Shown here: positions 12,500 to 24,666 of the stretch, piece by piece
Numbering within the stretch: the stretch's first letter is position 1
How the letters are laid out: every line of letters begins with the position of its first letter
Source of the DNA: Felis catus
Lineage: Eukaryota
Length of the DNA stretch: 64,000 nucleotides
Direction of reading: 5' to 3'
NCBI RefSeq assembly: GCF_018350175.1
Contig: NC_058368.1
Span: 122,018,001-122,082,000, forward strand
The notes under the pieces: generated by a model
What the model saw: only the letters and a program-made list of their open reading frames with translations
What the model was told of the DNA's origin: nothing
Database searches by the model: none
Made by a program: the position numbers and the translations under genes

Positions 12500-12810
12500 A
12501 ATGTGTATAACCTCTAAGCCAGAAATCCTACTTCAAGGAAGCTACCCTATGAAAGCCCTTGAGTCATTTATACACAAATAATACACTAAGAGTCATTTAT
12601 ATGGACATTCACTGTAGAATTGCTTATGATAGTAGCCAACTGGAAACAATTACTCCATAGGAAATTATTCCATAGGAAAGGAGTTATGTTAGCATCCATA
12701 CTACAAAATACAATACAATCATTAAAAAAGATAAGATGGCTCTCTGTGTTTTGACCTGGAAGGATGACCGAGACCTACTGCCGAATACAAAAAGCAAGTT
12801 GCAGGGTAAC
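12500..12810 (+). mobile_element. L1ME-type 3' fragment
   Basis: 'ccagaaatcctacttcaagga', 'aactggaaacaa', 'catccatactacaaaatac' and 'aaaagcaagttgcag' are old L1 3' motifs. Confidence 0.65.
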
Positions 12811-13090
12811 TCAGCCCCTAATCCAACCAACGTTTACTAACAGTTTATTTGTCAGGCTCTCTTCCAGACACTGGGGATAAATTAATTGACACCATTCACA
12901 AAAACCCTTGCCCTATGAAGCTAAATGCATATCGAATATATACTTACAAATTTTAAAACTATCTATCAATTAGTAATATAAAGATATTTATTTCTAAATA
13001 TAGAGAGAAGGTCCATAATGATGACCTCTCAAGAGCAGAGTTGAGGTAAAAGGGGGGATATTAACTTCTTGGTCTATATTCTTCTGTGTT

Positions 13091-13311
13091 GGGGCACCTG
13101 GGTGGCTCAGTTGGTTAAGTGTCCAACTTCGGCTCAGGTCATGATCTCATGGTTCGTGGGTTTGAGGCCTGCATCAGGCTCTGGGTTGACAGTTCAGAGC
13201 CTAGAAGCCTGCTTTGGATTCTTTCTCTCCCTCTCTCTCTGCCCCTCCCCTGCCTGCACTCTGTCTCTCTCTCTCTCTCCCTCTCAAAAATAAATAAATA
13301 TTAAAAAAATT
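13091..13311 (+). mobile_element. CanSINE with 16-bp TSD
   Basis: Head ggggcacctgggtggctcagttggttaag; TSD tatattcttctgtgtt at 13075-13090 and 13312-13327. Confidence 0.96.
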
Positions 13312-15422
13312 TATATTCTTCTGTGTTACTTGAACTCTTTTTAATGGGAACGTGTTTATGCATTTGAATTCATTTGAGAGGAATGCATTCCAATAAAGGA
13401 ACCAAAGACCTGCTCTGCAGAACCCCTCAGGGGCCACTGTTAGGGAAGAAGGGGAAGGCAGTTCTCCTCCCTCCTCCACCAATACTGTCATCTATTTTAC
13501 TTATTTAGACACACAGTGAGATTTCTTTTGGTCAATAGCATCTGCGGCAACAAAAATTTAAGAACAACCCATCTCACTCCATCAGAAAATTATTTTAATA
13601 CACGAAAGAATAAGGGGTAAGGGTGAAAGCCTCATTTGGGCCTGAAACTAGACTGATACCAGACCATTTGAAGGTTTGGATTGTTCAGTCCTTTGACTGC
13701 TAAGGCCCTCTGCCTCTAAAGGACAAGATTTCAGCTTTTCAGATGTCAGATACCACTCAATGAACACCACAAATGAGTTCTGAGGTGGAAAATGCATTTT
13801 CAAATAGAAGAGTTTTTGTTTTGTTTTATTTCAAAATTGTGTCAGCACCTAAAAGACCCCTGAAATAGTGAAGATAAAGTTAATCCAGTAATGCATTTAC
13901 CATAGTGAACCTCCAGAACAGAAACACATTACTTCCCTCTGATGGAATTTTAAATCAGCGTAAGGATTAAACAGTATTATCCAGCTGATGGAGAGCAACT
14001 TGGAAAACATGATGGATTATGGGGAATGACCATTCTGTGCACCACCGTCAGAATTCCAGGAACCCCTTTTGGACCTACCATGATTAATAAGTCTGATATA
14101 ATTCTAGAAAGGTGGCGTCTTTTCTCTTTTAACTTGTCATTTCATCTTTTCAAAAGGTCTGCACAAAGCAGAGCTAAGCTCCATGCTCTTCTTTCAGACT
14201 GCAGTTTACAGGATTCAGACTGTATTACAGCCGTGGGAATGGTCTCACTTCTCTAACTCCTCTTTAGTTTGGTTGACTGGGGCAAGCAGGGCACATTCTT
14301 CCTTGTATCAGCACATGCACTCTGGCTTCCCTATAAAAGCGTCTGAAAGAATACTCAGTGAGTGGACTGAATGGCAGAACCCACAGATAAGCGAAGTTCC
14401 TCCCTTCTGTCTTTTACCTTCCTTACTGCTTGCTTCTGTGTTGGGTGGTCTCTTCTAAGTTCTGTTCTGTATATATAAAACAAAGCAACTAAACTATTTT
14501 AGGGAAGACTGTCTTCCACTGATCCAACTTTGTCCAAAATATCTTATTCATAGGAGCCAATCTTCATTGCTGTGAGATTTTTTTAATGTGAAATACCCAG
14601 ATACTCTTTCTAGGACACAGGGACAGCCTAGCTCCATTGACCATCTCTTCCTTTAAATACATCATCCTTCCACGTTCCCCCTTTTCTGGCCCCAAGGCAC
14701 CCCTGGAGCAGTATGTGGTAATGACTCATGTCAGCCACAAGAGGAAAGAAAATATCTTAGTACTAATTGGCATACAGGAGAGAAAATGGACATCTCGTAG
14801 GTTTGGTACTTTCTGTGGACTCAAGCACTGGATTAATCCTAAGCAAGATGAAATCTCATTTTTTAATCCTCTGGGGTCTCTGCTCCAACTTGGTGAGTGA
14901 CAACTACTTTGTGTTTCAGTTTTTCTGAAACCTGATAGAAGAGTTAAGAGACAGGATATTGGTAAACTATTTCATCCACAGCACCTGGCAGGTAGACAGC
15001 ATTTGCTAAATAGTAGCCATTACTGTTACCAGCAGTACCTTTTTATCCTAAAAGGAATTTAAAACAGTACAGTCTGAGATCCAGGACCAGATAGAAAAAA
15101 GCTTCTCAGATTCAGATTATCATAAAAATCAAGGAAAAACTTCCTATTGAAGGCAGATACAAAAAGTGAATGAACTCACATTAGTATCAACTCCAGAGGA
15201 ATAAGAAGGACTTAAGAGAATACTATGAACAAATGTACACAACAAACTGGATTGCCTGGAAAGCTGGACAAATTCCGAGGAACACATGAATTACCAAAAT
15301 TGACTCAAGAAGAAACAGAAAATCTGAATAGATCTGTAACAAATAAGGAGATTGAATTAGGAACTATAAAACCTCTGAAAGAAGAGCCAGACAAAATCAC
15401 TGGTGAGTTCTACCGAACATTT

Positions 15423-15653
15423 TTTAAAATTAATTAATTAATTAATTAATTAATTTTGAGAGAGAGAAAGAGAGAAAGAGAGAGCGTGTGGAAACTGGGG
15501 AGGGGCAGAGAGAAAGAGAGACACAACTCCAAGCAGGCTCTGGGCCATCAGCGCAGAGCTTGATGCGGGGCTCAGACTCACAAACTGTGATATCATGACC
15601 TGAGCCAAGATCAAGAGTTGGATGCCTAATGGACTGCACCACCCAGGCACTCC
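15423..15653 (-). mobile_element. CanSINE in L1, with (AATT)n tail
   Basis: Antisense CanSINE; tail 'aattaattaattaattaattaatt' at ~15428-15455. Confidence 0.93.
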
Positions 15654-15787
15654 TCCCAACATTTAAACAGTAGTCAATATATTAGCCCTTCTCAAACTTT
15701 TTCAAAAAAGTTGAAGAGGAGGGAACACTTCTTTACTCTTTATATAAGGGCAGCATTACTGTGATAACAAAGCCAAAGACACCACAT

Positions 15788-15980
15788 GGGGCACCTGGGT
15801 GGCTCAGTCAGCTAAGTATGTGACTCTTGATTTTGGATCAGATTATATTACAGTTTGTGAGATCGAGTCCTGTGTTAGGTCAGGCTCTGTGCCGACATTG
15901 AGGAGCCTGCTCGAGATTCTCTTTCCTTCTGTCTATGGCCCTCCCCTGTTCTCTCTCAAAATAAGTAAGCACTAAAAAAA
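15788..15980 (+). mobile_element. CanSINE in L1
   Basis: Head ggggcacctgggtggctcagtcagctaag, CT tract, A-rich tail. Confidence 0.92.
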
Positions 15981-16551
15981 TTACAAACCAATATTCCTTA
16001 TAAATATTTACATGAAAATGCCCAAAAATATATTAGAAAATCAAATTCAGGAACATATTCAAAGATTATCAATCCCAACGAAGTAGATTGATTGTAGGAT
16101 TTCAATAGTGATTCAATAACTAAAAACCTATCAACTAAAAACTTATCAATAGAATACACCACACTAATACAGGGATGAAAAAAAACAGATGATCAATCAT
16201 CTCAATGAATACAGAAAAAGCATTTAACACAATCTAACACCTTTAATTGAGAAAATTTTTCGATAAATTTTTCAATAAACAGAAAATAAAACACCTCCCC
16301 AACAGGATAAAGATCATATATGAAAAATTTCTAACTGTATTATACTCAATGGTAAAAGACGGAAAGCTTTTTCCCTAAGATCAGGAACAAGACAAATAAG
16401 TCTGTTCCACTACTATTTGACACAGCAGTCAAAGTTCTAGTCAGAGCAATTAGACAAGAACAAGAAATAAAAGCCATCCAAATTGGAAAGAAAGAAGTAA
16501 AACTACCTCTACCCTTATATGACATGATCTTATATCTAAAAAAAACCCTAA

Positions 16552-16770
16552 GGGCACCTGGGTGGCTCAGTCGGTTGGGTGTCCGACTTCGGCTCAGGTC
16601 AAGATCTCACAGTTTGTGGATTCAAGCCCCGCGTCAGGCTCTGTGCTGACAGCTCGGAGCTTGGAGCCTGCTTCCTATTCTGTGTCTCCCTCTCTCTCTG
16701 CCCCTCCCCTCTCCGTGCTCTGTCTCTCTCTGCCTTTCAAAAATGAATAAATGTTAAAAAAAAATTTTTA
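16552..16770 (+). mobile_element. CanSINE in the L1 RT region
   Basis: Head gggcacctgggtggctcagtcggttggg; TSD aaaaaccctaa at 16541-16551 and 16771-16781. Confidence 0.95.
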
Positions 16771-18188
16771 AAAAACCCTAAAGAATTCCAGAAAAATACA
16801 TGGTATAGCTAATAAATGTATTCAGCGAAGTTACAGAATACAAAACCAACTCACAAAAATAGATGTATTCCTATATGCTAGCAATGAGCAATCCAAAAAG
16901 AAAATTAAGAAAATAATTCCATTTACAATAGCATTAAAAAGCTAAGAGTAAAAATATTGAGAAATAAAATTAACCAAGAGGTTCAAGATTTGTACACTGA
17001 AAACAACAAAAATGGCTGAAAGAGATTAAAAGCTAAAAAAAAAAAAAGGAAATATTCAGTGTTCATGGTTAGGAAGACAATATTATTATGATGATAGCAC
17101 TACATGGTGGTATTTGTGTCTGAAGTGATATACAAAGTCAATGCAATATCTATCAAAATCCCAAGGGCATTTTTTGGGTATAAATTTAGAAAACTTATTC
17201 TAAAATTCATATGGACTGTTCATATGTTATGCAAAACTACCAGCTAACACCACACTCAATGGTGAAAAACTCAAGTCTTTTTTTTTAAGATCAGGAACAA
17301 GACAAAGGTGCCTGCTCACCAGTTCTATTCAAAACAGTACTAGAAGTCCAAGCCGGAGTGATCAGGCAAGAAAAGGAAAGGCAAGTCATCCAAATCAGAA
17401 AGGAAGAAGCAAAGCTACCTCTATCCAGAGACCACATAATCTTTTATCTAAAACAAAAACAAAAACAAAAACAAAAAAAACCTAAAGAATTCACACAAGA
17501 AGCTGTTACAGAATAAATGAATTCAGCAAACTGACAAGATACCAAAATCAACACACAGAGTCAATGCTGTCTTCATCAAAATCCCAGTGGCATTTACAAA
17601 AATAGAAAAAAACAATCCTAAAATTCATACAAAACCACAAAAGGTCCAGAACAGCCAAGGAAATCTTAAGAAAAAAAGAACAAAGCTGGAGGCATAACAC
17701 TTACTGATTCAAAAGATATTACAAAGCTATCATAATTAAATAGTGTGATACTGGCATAAAAACAGACACAGAGATCAATGGAACAGAAGAGAGAGCCCAA
17801 AGCTAACTTCATTCATATATGATCAACAGGTCTTTGATAAAGGTTCCAAGACTCCATAACATAAAGAAAAGATACTCACACACAAAAGTACAACTGTTAG
17901 ATGATTCCACTTTTACGAAATAACTAGGTCAATTCATAGAGACAGAAAATATATCAGAAGTTATGAGAAATTAGGTGGAGGGAGAAATGGCAAATTATCA
18001 CTTAGTGTGTATAGGGACAGTGGGTGTGGGATGCTGAAAATTTCTGGAAATGGTTGAAATAGCTGCACAACAATGTGAAGCTAATTAATGTCACGGAATT
18101 GTACACTTAAAAAATGGCTAAAATGGCTAATTTTGTGTATTCTACATTATATATATTTTACCACAAAAAAGGAAATAAAGAATCTACA

Positions 18189-18397
18189 GGGGCTCCTGGA
18201 TGGCTTAGTCAGCTGAGCATCTGACTCTTGATTGCAGCTCAGGTCATGATCTCACAGTTCATGAGTTTGAGTCTTGCATTGGGCTCTGTGCTGACAACTC
18301 AGAGCTTGGAGCCTGCTTTGAATTCTGTGTCTTCCTCTCTCTTTGCTCCTCTCCCACTTGTGCTCTTTCTCTCTCAAAAATAAACAAACATTAAAAA
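18189..18397 (+). mobile_element. CanSINE
   Basis: Head ggggctcctggatggcttagtc; TSD aaagaatctaca at 18177-18188 and 18398-18409. Confidence 0.94.
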
Positions 18398-19960
18398 AAA
18401 GAATCTACAAGCATCATTGCTGAAATTAGTAATAGTACTATGCTGTTACAGTCACAGTTTTTCTACACATAATCTAGAAAACAAAAAGTGATTTTTACAT
18501 GTTCGAATTTATGTATATTTTTGACTAATAGGTAAAGTTTAATTGATTAAATTGACTTCTTCAGTTCTTCCTAATATAATAATAAAGGTACATAAATGTT
18601 TAAAAAATTGAATACACTCCTCCAATGCTATGAGGGATGAAACTTGCCAGCAGTGAGGACATTCATGAAAAATTGGATGATCACTCAGCAAGAAAACATT
18701 GGAAGGAATTTATAAAAATGGCAGGGTGTTGGACCAAGTAAGGGTTCAAAATACCTTCCATTTGCAAGAGTCTAAGCTTCTATGAGAGTTGTACACAACC
18801 AAAAACATTGCCAAGGTTAAATTATGTCTTTCTTCCTCAGGCAGTGGCAAACCTACAGGCTCCAGCATTCCTGATGACAATTTACTACCCTGGTCTGGTG
18901 ACGTCTCCACCGAAAATATTTTGCTATCAATCCCCTGCCTGAAATAACCCTAGAGTTGATCAGGTTTTATAAACCAGATTACCTTAAAATAGTTCTTAAT
19001 TACAGAATGAACCAGATTCCTCTAAGAAATTGTAATAAAGCAAAGAAAGCTCTCCTAACCCTAAACATCTACACTAAAGGGTTTCCAAGGAGAATATCCA
19101 GGGGTGTGGCATGATCAGGAAGGCTGTGATGAAGAATGGGAATGTGATTTCCAGACAGGTTGCTGACCTCAAACATGCAGTGTACCAGGAGGCAAGGCTA
19201 TTGTCAGTATTGTCACTTCTTCATTTCTTCCTCCTACAGACTGTGTCTTATTCATTCCTGGTCTTTCTAAAGGCATACAGCATCATCCCTTTCAGGCATT
19301 CAACCAAGATCTCCCGAGTTACTTGTTCACTCCTCTCAGACTTTACCAGGAGTTTTCTGTAACAAAGAAGACTTCCCAGAGATGGGTGAGTGGCTCAAAC
19401 TTGTAAAAGCAGGGGCAAATGACTGAGGCATCCAAATACAAAGTGGGGCCAGGGGAGGCATGGTTAAGCACCGATTTGGAAAACTCAGCATCTAATCAAA
19501 TACATCTGTGCCTTATATTCTGTACCTGCTGTCTTGCCTCAAATGAAGATGCTTAAATCCCCATTAGTGGGGCAAGGCCTCCCATCTATGGAAAAACAGA
19601 GGTAGACTCCAATCTGCTTTGTGGGTCCTCAGCATGGCTGCCAGCTGATCAGAAAACATTTAATGTGAGGGATCCAGTGTGAGGCAGGATGAACACAGCT
19701 GGCTGACACAGCAAGCAGTTATGAACAACAACAAAAATGCCATTTGATTCGTGGGCTGAGCCGATCCATCTGGGAAATCTCTCAAAGAAAGTAGCTGGGA
19801 ATGACATTTCAGCTCTGATTTTCCAAGTCCGCACCTCAAGTCAGAGACTCAAAAATAGCATTCCACCTACATGGTGTCAACACAGTGACACTTGAGCCTC
19901 TCTTCCTTTGGTCTTTTGAAGGTGATTGTAGCTCTTTTGGAGTTACCACTGGAAACTGAC

Positions 19961-19976
19961 GGGGGGGGGGGGGGGG
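19961..19976 (+). repeat. G16 homopolymer
   Basis: 16 consecutive G read directly. Confidence 0.95.
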
Positions 19977-20889
19977 TGCTGGCAAGGGGACCGTGCCCAC
20001 CCGTCGTTTCCAGAAAATGGATTATTGTGCTCACTGTTGACTCTTGGGTTTCCTATCATGAGCTCTGAACCCTGGGCCTGATATACAGTGAGGCGTGTGA
20101 GGCATGCTATTGGCATTTGCAGAAACCTTGACATCCTACGCTGCAGTTCATGATTGGTGTCAGACAAAGGAGCATACGAAATGATTGCCAGTCCGAAGAT
20201 AAGCCCGGTTATTACCGAGCCGTACCTTCCCCAGGTCTAAAGACTCACAGTGGTGGCACTGAAGCATGCCGGGGAGAAGATAAAATTTAATTAATAATTT
20301 CCTTAGAGGCCAACAGTCTATTACAACTATGTTCCTTGCTGTTTCCTGCAATGACCTTAGAGCTCATAAACATTACAGATACACCCTTGGTCATAGTCTC
20401 ATCCCCACGTTCAGTTTATGGCTCAAGTGGCATTGCATAATCAGCTAGACCGATACAAAGATTTTCAGATGCTACTGCTGGAAACGTCACAGGCTCTGCA
20501 TAAGGCAGGTGTGGGCCTCCCTCCCTCCGTGCAGTCCAGTGCCTGGAACAGATAGGGTAATTTCCTGGATTAATAACACGCATTATGGACAAAGCTGGGG
20601 ATGAAGGTGAAGTCTGCTACTAGTATGTTTTGGTTTTTGTTAGAATTGGAGAGCCGGGACACTCAATTAGGCAACTTTTGTTTTTGCTTTTTAAAAAACA
20701 GGTAGTTTTTATGTATTCCATAGAGTGGCTCAATGTAATTGCTCTTTAGAAACACGTAATTGCAAAAAGTGAGGTTATGGGAGATTTTCTCTCCTGCAGT
20801 AAAACACTTATTCCTTTACTACAGAACCACAATTTATTTTGGTCTTATTACGTCAACATTTCACAGAGCTGTGGAGGAAACAAAGTTCT

Positions 20890-20952
20890 CATTATCTTTG
20901 GGATCAGCACCTAGAGCATTATCTTTGGGATCTTTGGGATCAGCACCTAGAG
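20890..20952. repeat. Tandem duplication of a 27-bp unit, with an extra 9-bp duplication in copy 2
   Basis: cattatctttgggatcagcacctagag followed by cattatctttggg-atctttggg-atcagcacctagag. Confidence 0.9.
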
Positions 20953-21799
20953 CACAAAACCTGGAAAATAGTACATGTTTAATAAATACCTGGTCAATGA
21001 ATGGGTCACTGAATTGATTGGGGGATATTTCATATTTTGAATTACTGAAGATATGGACAATATTTATATAATCAGAAAAATAACGACAAGATCAACCAAA
21101 AATTATCATCTCTACCTTCCTAAAATGAAGAACCAAAGTTTGCTGACTGCCGATGCCCAAACCCTAAGGAACCAGGGGTGGAAAGGAGGCTGCAGCAAAA
21201 GCAGTGGTGCAGACTCTACAGGCTGCCTGTCCACTAGCAAAAGTAAGTGCTTCAACTTGCCAAGATAAAACCCCAACTCTAAGTACGATGTATTCTACCC
21301 TTATCTTTGGCATCTTCCTCTCCCGGTCCTATGCTGCTACTAGATGACTCCTCATTTCCTTCAAACACCCCAAGCTTTGCTCTAGTGCCTGGCCAGAAAA
21401 GAATCTAAAAGGCCTGATGAATGCTTGAAAGAAAGAGAATTAGTCACTATGCCTTTAGTGTTGGCATTCTCTACAGTTAGGCATTCTTTCCCGATTGCTG
21501 GGCCATTAAAACTTTCTTTCTCTTTCTCTCTCAGACGCTCCCTCAAATACATCTAGAGAACGCAGTGGTGTAACACTGGTGTTCGCCCTACTCATTCATT
21601 TATTTACTCCATCATGTACATCTCATCTCACTGTCCATGGTTAAGGCATCACTTATGTTGGGTGAGTGGCATGGAAGGATAGGAGTAACAAGGGCTTTGT
21701 GAGGACAGAGTCCTCAGTGCCCAAGCAGGACACCTTCCTTCCACTTCTCGTCCATGTCCCAGCTGATGGCAACAGTCAGTGCAGTTCACACTACTCACA

Positions 21800-22020
21800 G
21801 AACTTATGATTTACTCTGGACTGGGCAAACCTCCTCATACAGCATTACTTCACCCCCACACCCGACGCCACCATAATGTATATAGTACTCTCCCCATGTT
21901 ACAAATGAGGAAACCAAAAGAGACACACAAACTAAACCTGTCCTCAAATCACACAGCTAGTAAAGGCAGTGGCAGTATGTTGATCCAGGCCTAAGCCTGA
22001 AACTCTGCTCTTATTCATCA
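21800..22020 (-). mobile_element. MIR
   Basis: 'ccccatgttacaaatgaggaaaccaaa...cacacagctagtaaaggcagtggcag...atccaggcct' MIR core. Confidence 0.75.
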
Positions 22021-23204
22021 CGTTATTTGGCCTTTCTATCTCTCTGCTTCCCATAAGGAACAGATGTGAAAGTGTGTCTACTGAGTTACATGCATAAGAA
22101 GAGAGCCTGGGAATTACAGTTGCCTACGTGATGCCAGCTTTCCAAATGTGTGCAGTCACTTGACCACCTGGATATTTAGTCTGCGTGAACGCCAACATCT
22201 GGATATTTGGAAAAGTGATGTTCAGGCAAGCATTTAAAATTTATCTGAATGTCTGGCTCTATATAATACCCAGGCAAGACATTTTTCCTGAAAGAAGGAC
22301 ATAGAGATGTGAATTAAAACACGAGACAAAAATTTCAGACGAAAAGTCTGTTGTTTAATTATTAACAAGGGAAAAATGAGTTTACCTTTCAATCTACCAT
22401 AATGTTTCACAGAATCAATGCTGCATTAATATCAGGCTTCATGAAAACAATTCATTTGAGCCAGATCAAATCTAACTGAGGTTCAACTAAAGGATGAAGT
22501 AAAATGCTGTGAATGAAGTGAATTTTGGATAATTGTCGATTCTTCACCATCCAATGTCATAATAGAAGCAGAACTCTCTTATAGCTACTGATGGTCTTAA
22601 TGCTATTACTTCAAATCAAAATAAAGATACTATTCTATAAACCCTGAATATCTCAGTTTCAACATTAATCCAGGAAGCTCAGGATCCAGAAGTTTCCATT
22701 ACAGTAGCTCTTAGCCCTGTGGCATAGCCATGATCTCTCATCAACTTATAGTCATGTTACCAAGTCCACAGGGGTGGCTTGTAGCAATTAATATTTTAGC
22801 CTGACCTGCCAATTACTCCTCCAATTCTTTCATGCATTACACAAATCACACTGTACCAAAAGGCTTGAGAGCCTCCAAACCAAACACCTCAATAGGTGTT
22901 TTCCTTCTTGTCTATTGTTTTTTTATAGAGTTGATTCATCATTTTCCAACCTATGCTTGAACAACCCTTGGTTATTTCCCCACATCAAATGCCTGACCTA
23001 ACTGAGGACAGTCAGGGAGTGTGTGTGTGCATGCATGCCCTGTGCAGATGCATGGTGGAAGGAGGGAAGATGGGAAAGAAAAAGAGGAAGAAAGAGATAA
23101 AAGAGACAACAGAAAAGGGGGAGGGTGGATAGAAATGTGAATATAACAGTGTCATAGGAAAATATATCCAAATAGAAAAAATTCCTTAAAACTGCTGTCA
23201 CATG

Positions 23205-23420
23205 AGCATTCTTCGGTTGCTCAGTTAGGTGTTCGACTTCAGCTCAGGTCATGATCTCACGGCTTGTGAGTTTGAACCCCACACTGGGCTCTGTGCTGAC
23301 CGCTCAGAGCCTGGGGCCTGCTTAGGATTGTGTGGCTCCCTCTCTCTCTGCCCCTCTCCCCCTCACGCTCGGTCTCTCCCTCTCTCTCTGAAAAATAAAT
23401 ATTAAAAAAAATAAAAATAA
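23205..23420 (+). mobile_element. CanSINE
   Basis: CanSINE body and tail; diverged TSD aaactgctgtcacatg / aaactcctgtcacatg. Confidence 0.92.
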
Positions 23421-23434
23421 ACTCCTGTCACATG

Positions 23435-23635
23435 TTCTGATCCTAATCAGCTTTTAGGAAATTTCTCCCTGATAGGAAAAACTATGCTGGTACAGTGAAG
23501 GTTAAGATATGGAAAAACTGGAAACAACCAAGTACCTAAGGATAGAAGCCAGGTTGAGTAAATTAAAGGATGTTTATAGAGTAGCGTATTATACAGCTAC
23601 AGAGAGCCATGTGCTAGAAGAATATTTAATGGCTA
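23435..23635 (+). mobile_element. L1ME-type fragment
   Basis: 'cttttaggaatttctccc', 'aaaaactggaaacaaccaagtacc' and 'gaagaatatttaatggc' are old L1 3' motifs. Confidence 0.6.
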
Positions 23636-24456
23636 TTTGTGATCTCTTTCTATTACAGATGCACACATGGCCACAGTCTCATCCCCAGGTTTAATTTATG
23701 ACTCCGGCTGCAGTGTGTTATCAGCTGGACTGAAACATCACAGGCTCTGTGAAAGCAGGGGTGATGATTTTCTGTGAACAGGAAACGAAGTCTCTCGTGA
23801 CCAAGGACTTTAACCACTAAACATCAATTCCCTCTCAGGGCTTGGGGAAAATTTGGCATGATCTCGTTGGGGGATAGAGGGACCAAGACACTGTGTTTCT
23901 GCCTTAGTGAGCCACTTTAGTAACTCATCACATCAAGAGAATATCAGGGAGAAATAACACAGGGGTTTGTGAGTGCATCTTTCTGTATGGGTCTGCTTGT
24001 GTGCCATTGGCAAATAATTCCTGGACCTACAGAATGTGGCCCATAGTGGAAGAAGATGTTCTGCAATGTTCAAAGACTGATGGGAATACCTCAAAACCTT
24101 GTATGTCGAGAACAACAGGCTTTGTCCCTTCTTTCTTTAAACAAAAATAAGAGAATGCAATGTTTCAGTCTAACCTCCCCAAACTGCATCCAACTTCCAC
24201 TTTCATTTGTATTATGAAAATACGTGCAAAGGTTTTCTCAGTCAAGATCGATTGATCGATCAATCTACCTATCATCTATCAGTCATTCCATATGCCATCT
24301 CCGTAACTAAAACTAAAATGTAAGTACAGTCTCAGTCTCCTAATAAAATGAATTTTGATGATCCATATAAGATATGTAGTCATTACTTTTATGTCAAGGA
24401 TGTTTCCCTATCACTCTGAAAAATTGCCATGAATGAAAATTCTTCAGACCTATATA

Positions 24457-24666
24457 TTGTTTTTTTTAAATGTGTATTTTTGAGACAGAGAGAGACAGAG
24501 CATGAACAGGGGAGGGGCAGAGAGAGAGGGAGACACAGAGTCTGAAGCAGGCTTCAGACTCCGAGCTGTCAGCACAGAGCCCGATGCGGAGCTCAAACTC
24601 ACGGACTGTGAGATCATGACCTGAGCCGAAGTCGGATGCCTAACTGACTGAGCCACCCAGGCACCC
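24457..24666 (-). mobile_element. CanSINE
   Basis: Well-preserved antisense CanSINE; flanks 'cagacctat' and 'tagacctat'. Confidence 0.95.

Larger units (their letters stand above)
15210..18172 (+). mobile_element. Decayed L1 (ORF2 remnants plus L1MB-like 3'UTR) with nested SINEs and a repeated RT segment
   Basis: The 15225-15437 ORF (LDKFRGTHELPKLTQEETENLNRSVTNKEIE) is L1 ORF2. RT-region DNA 'taagatcaggaacaagacaaa' and 'gacatgatcttatat' is present. The 3' end 'gcacaacaatgtgaag...tgtacacttaaaaaatggctaaaatgg...tatattttaccacaaaaaa' is L1MB-like. Many stops and frameshifts. Confidence 0.93.

Noticed and set aside
15225..15437. ORF with clear protein-like sequence
   Set aside because: It is a fragment of dead L1 ORF2, truncated by a SINE; counted under the L1.
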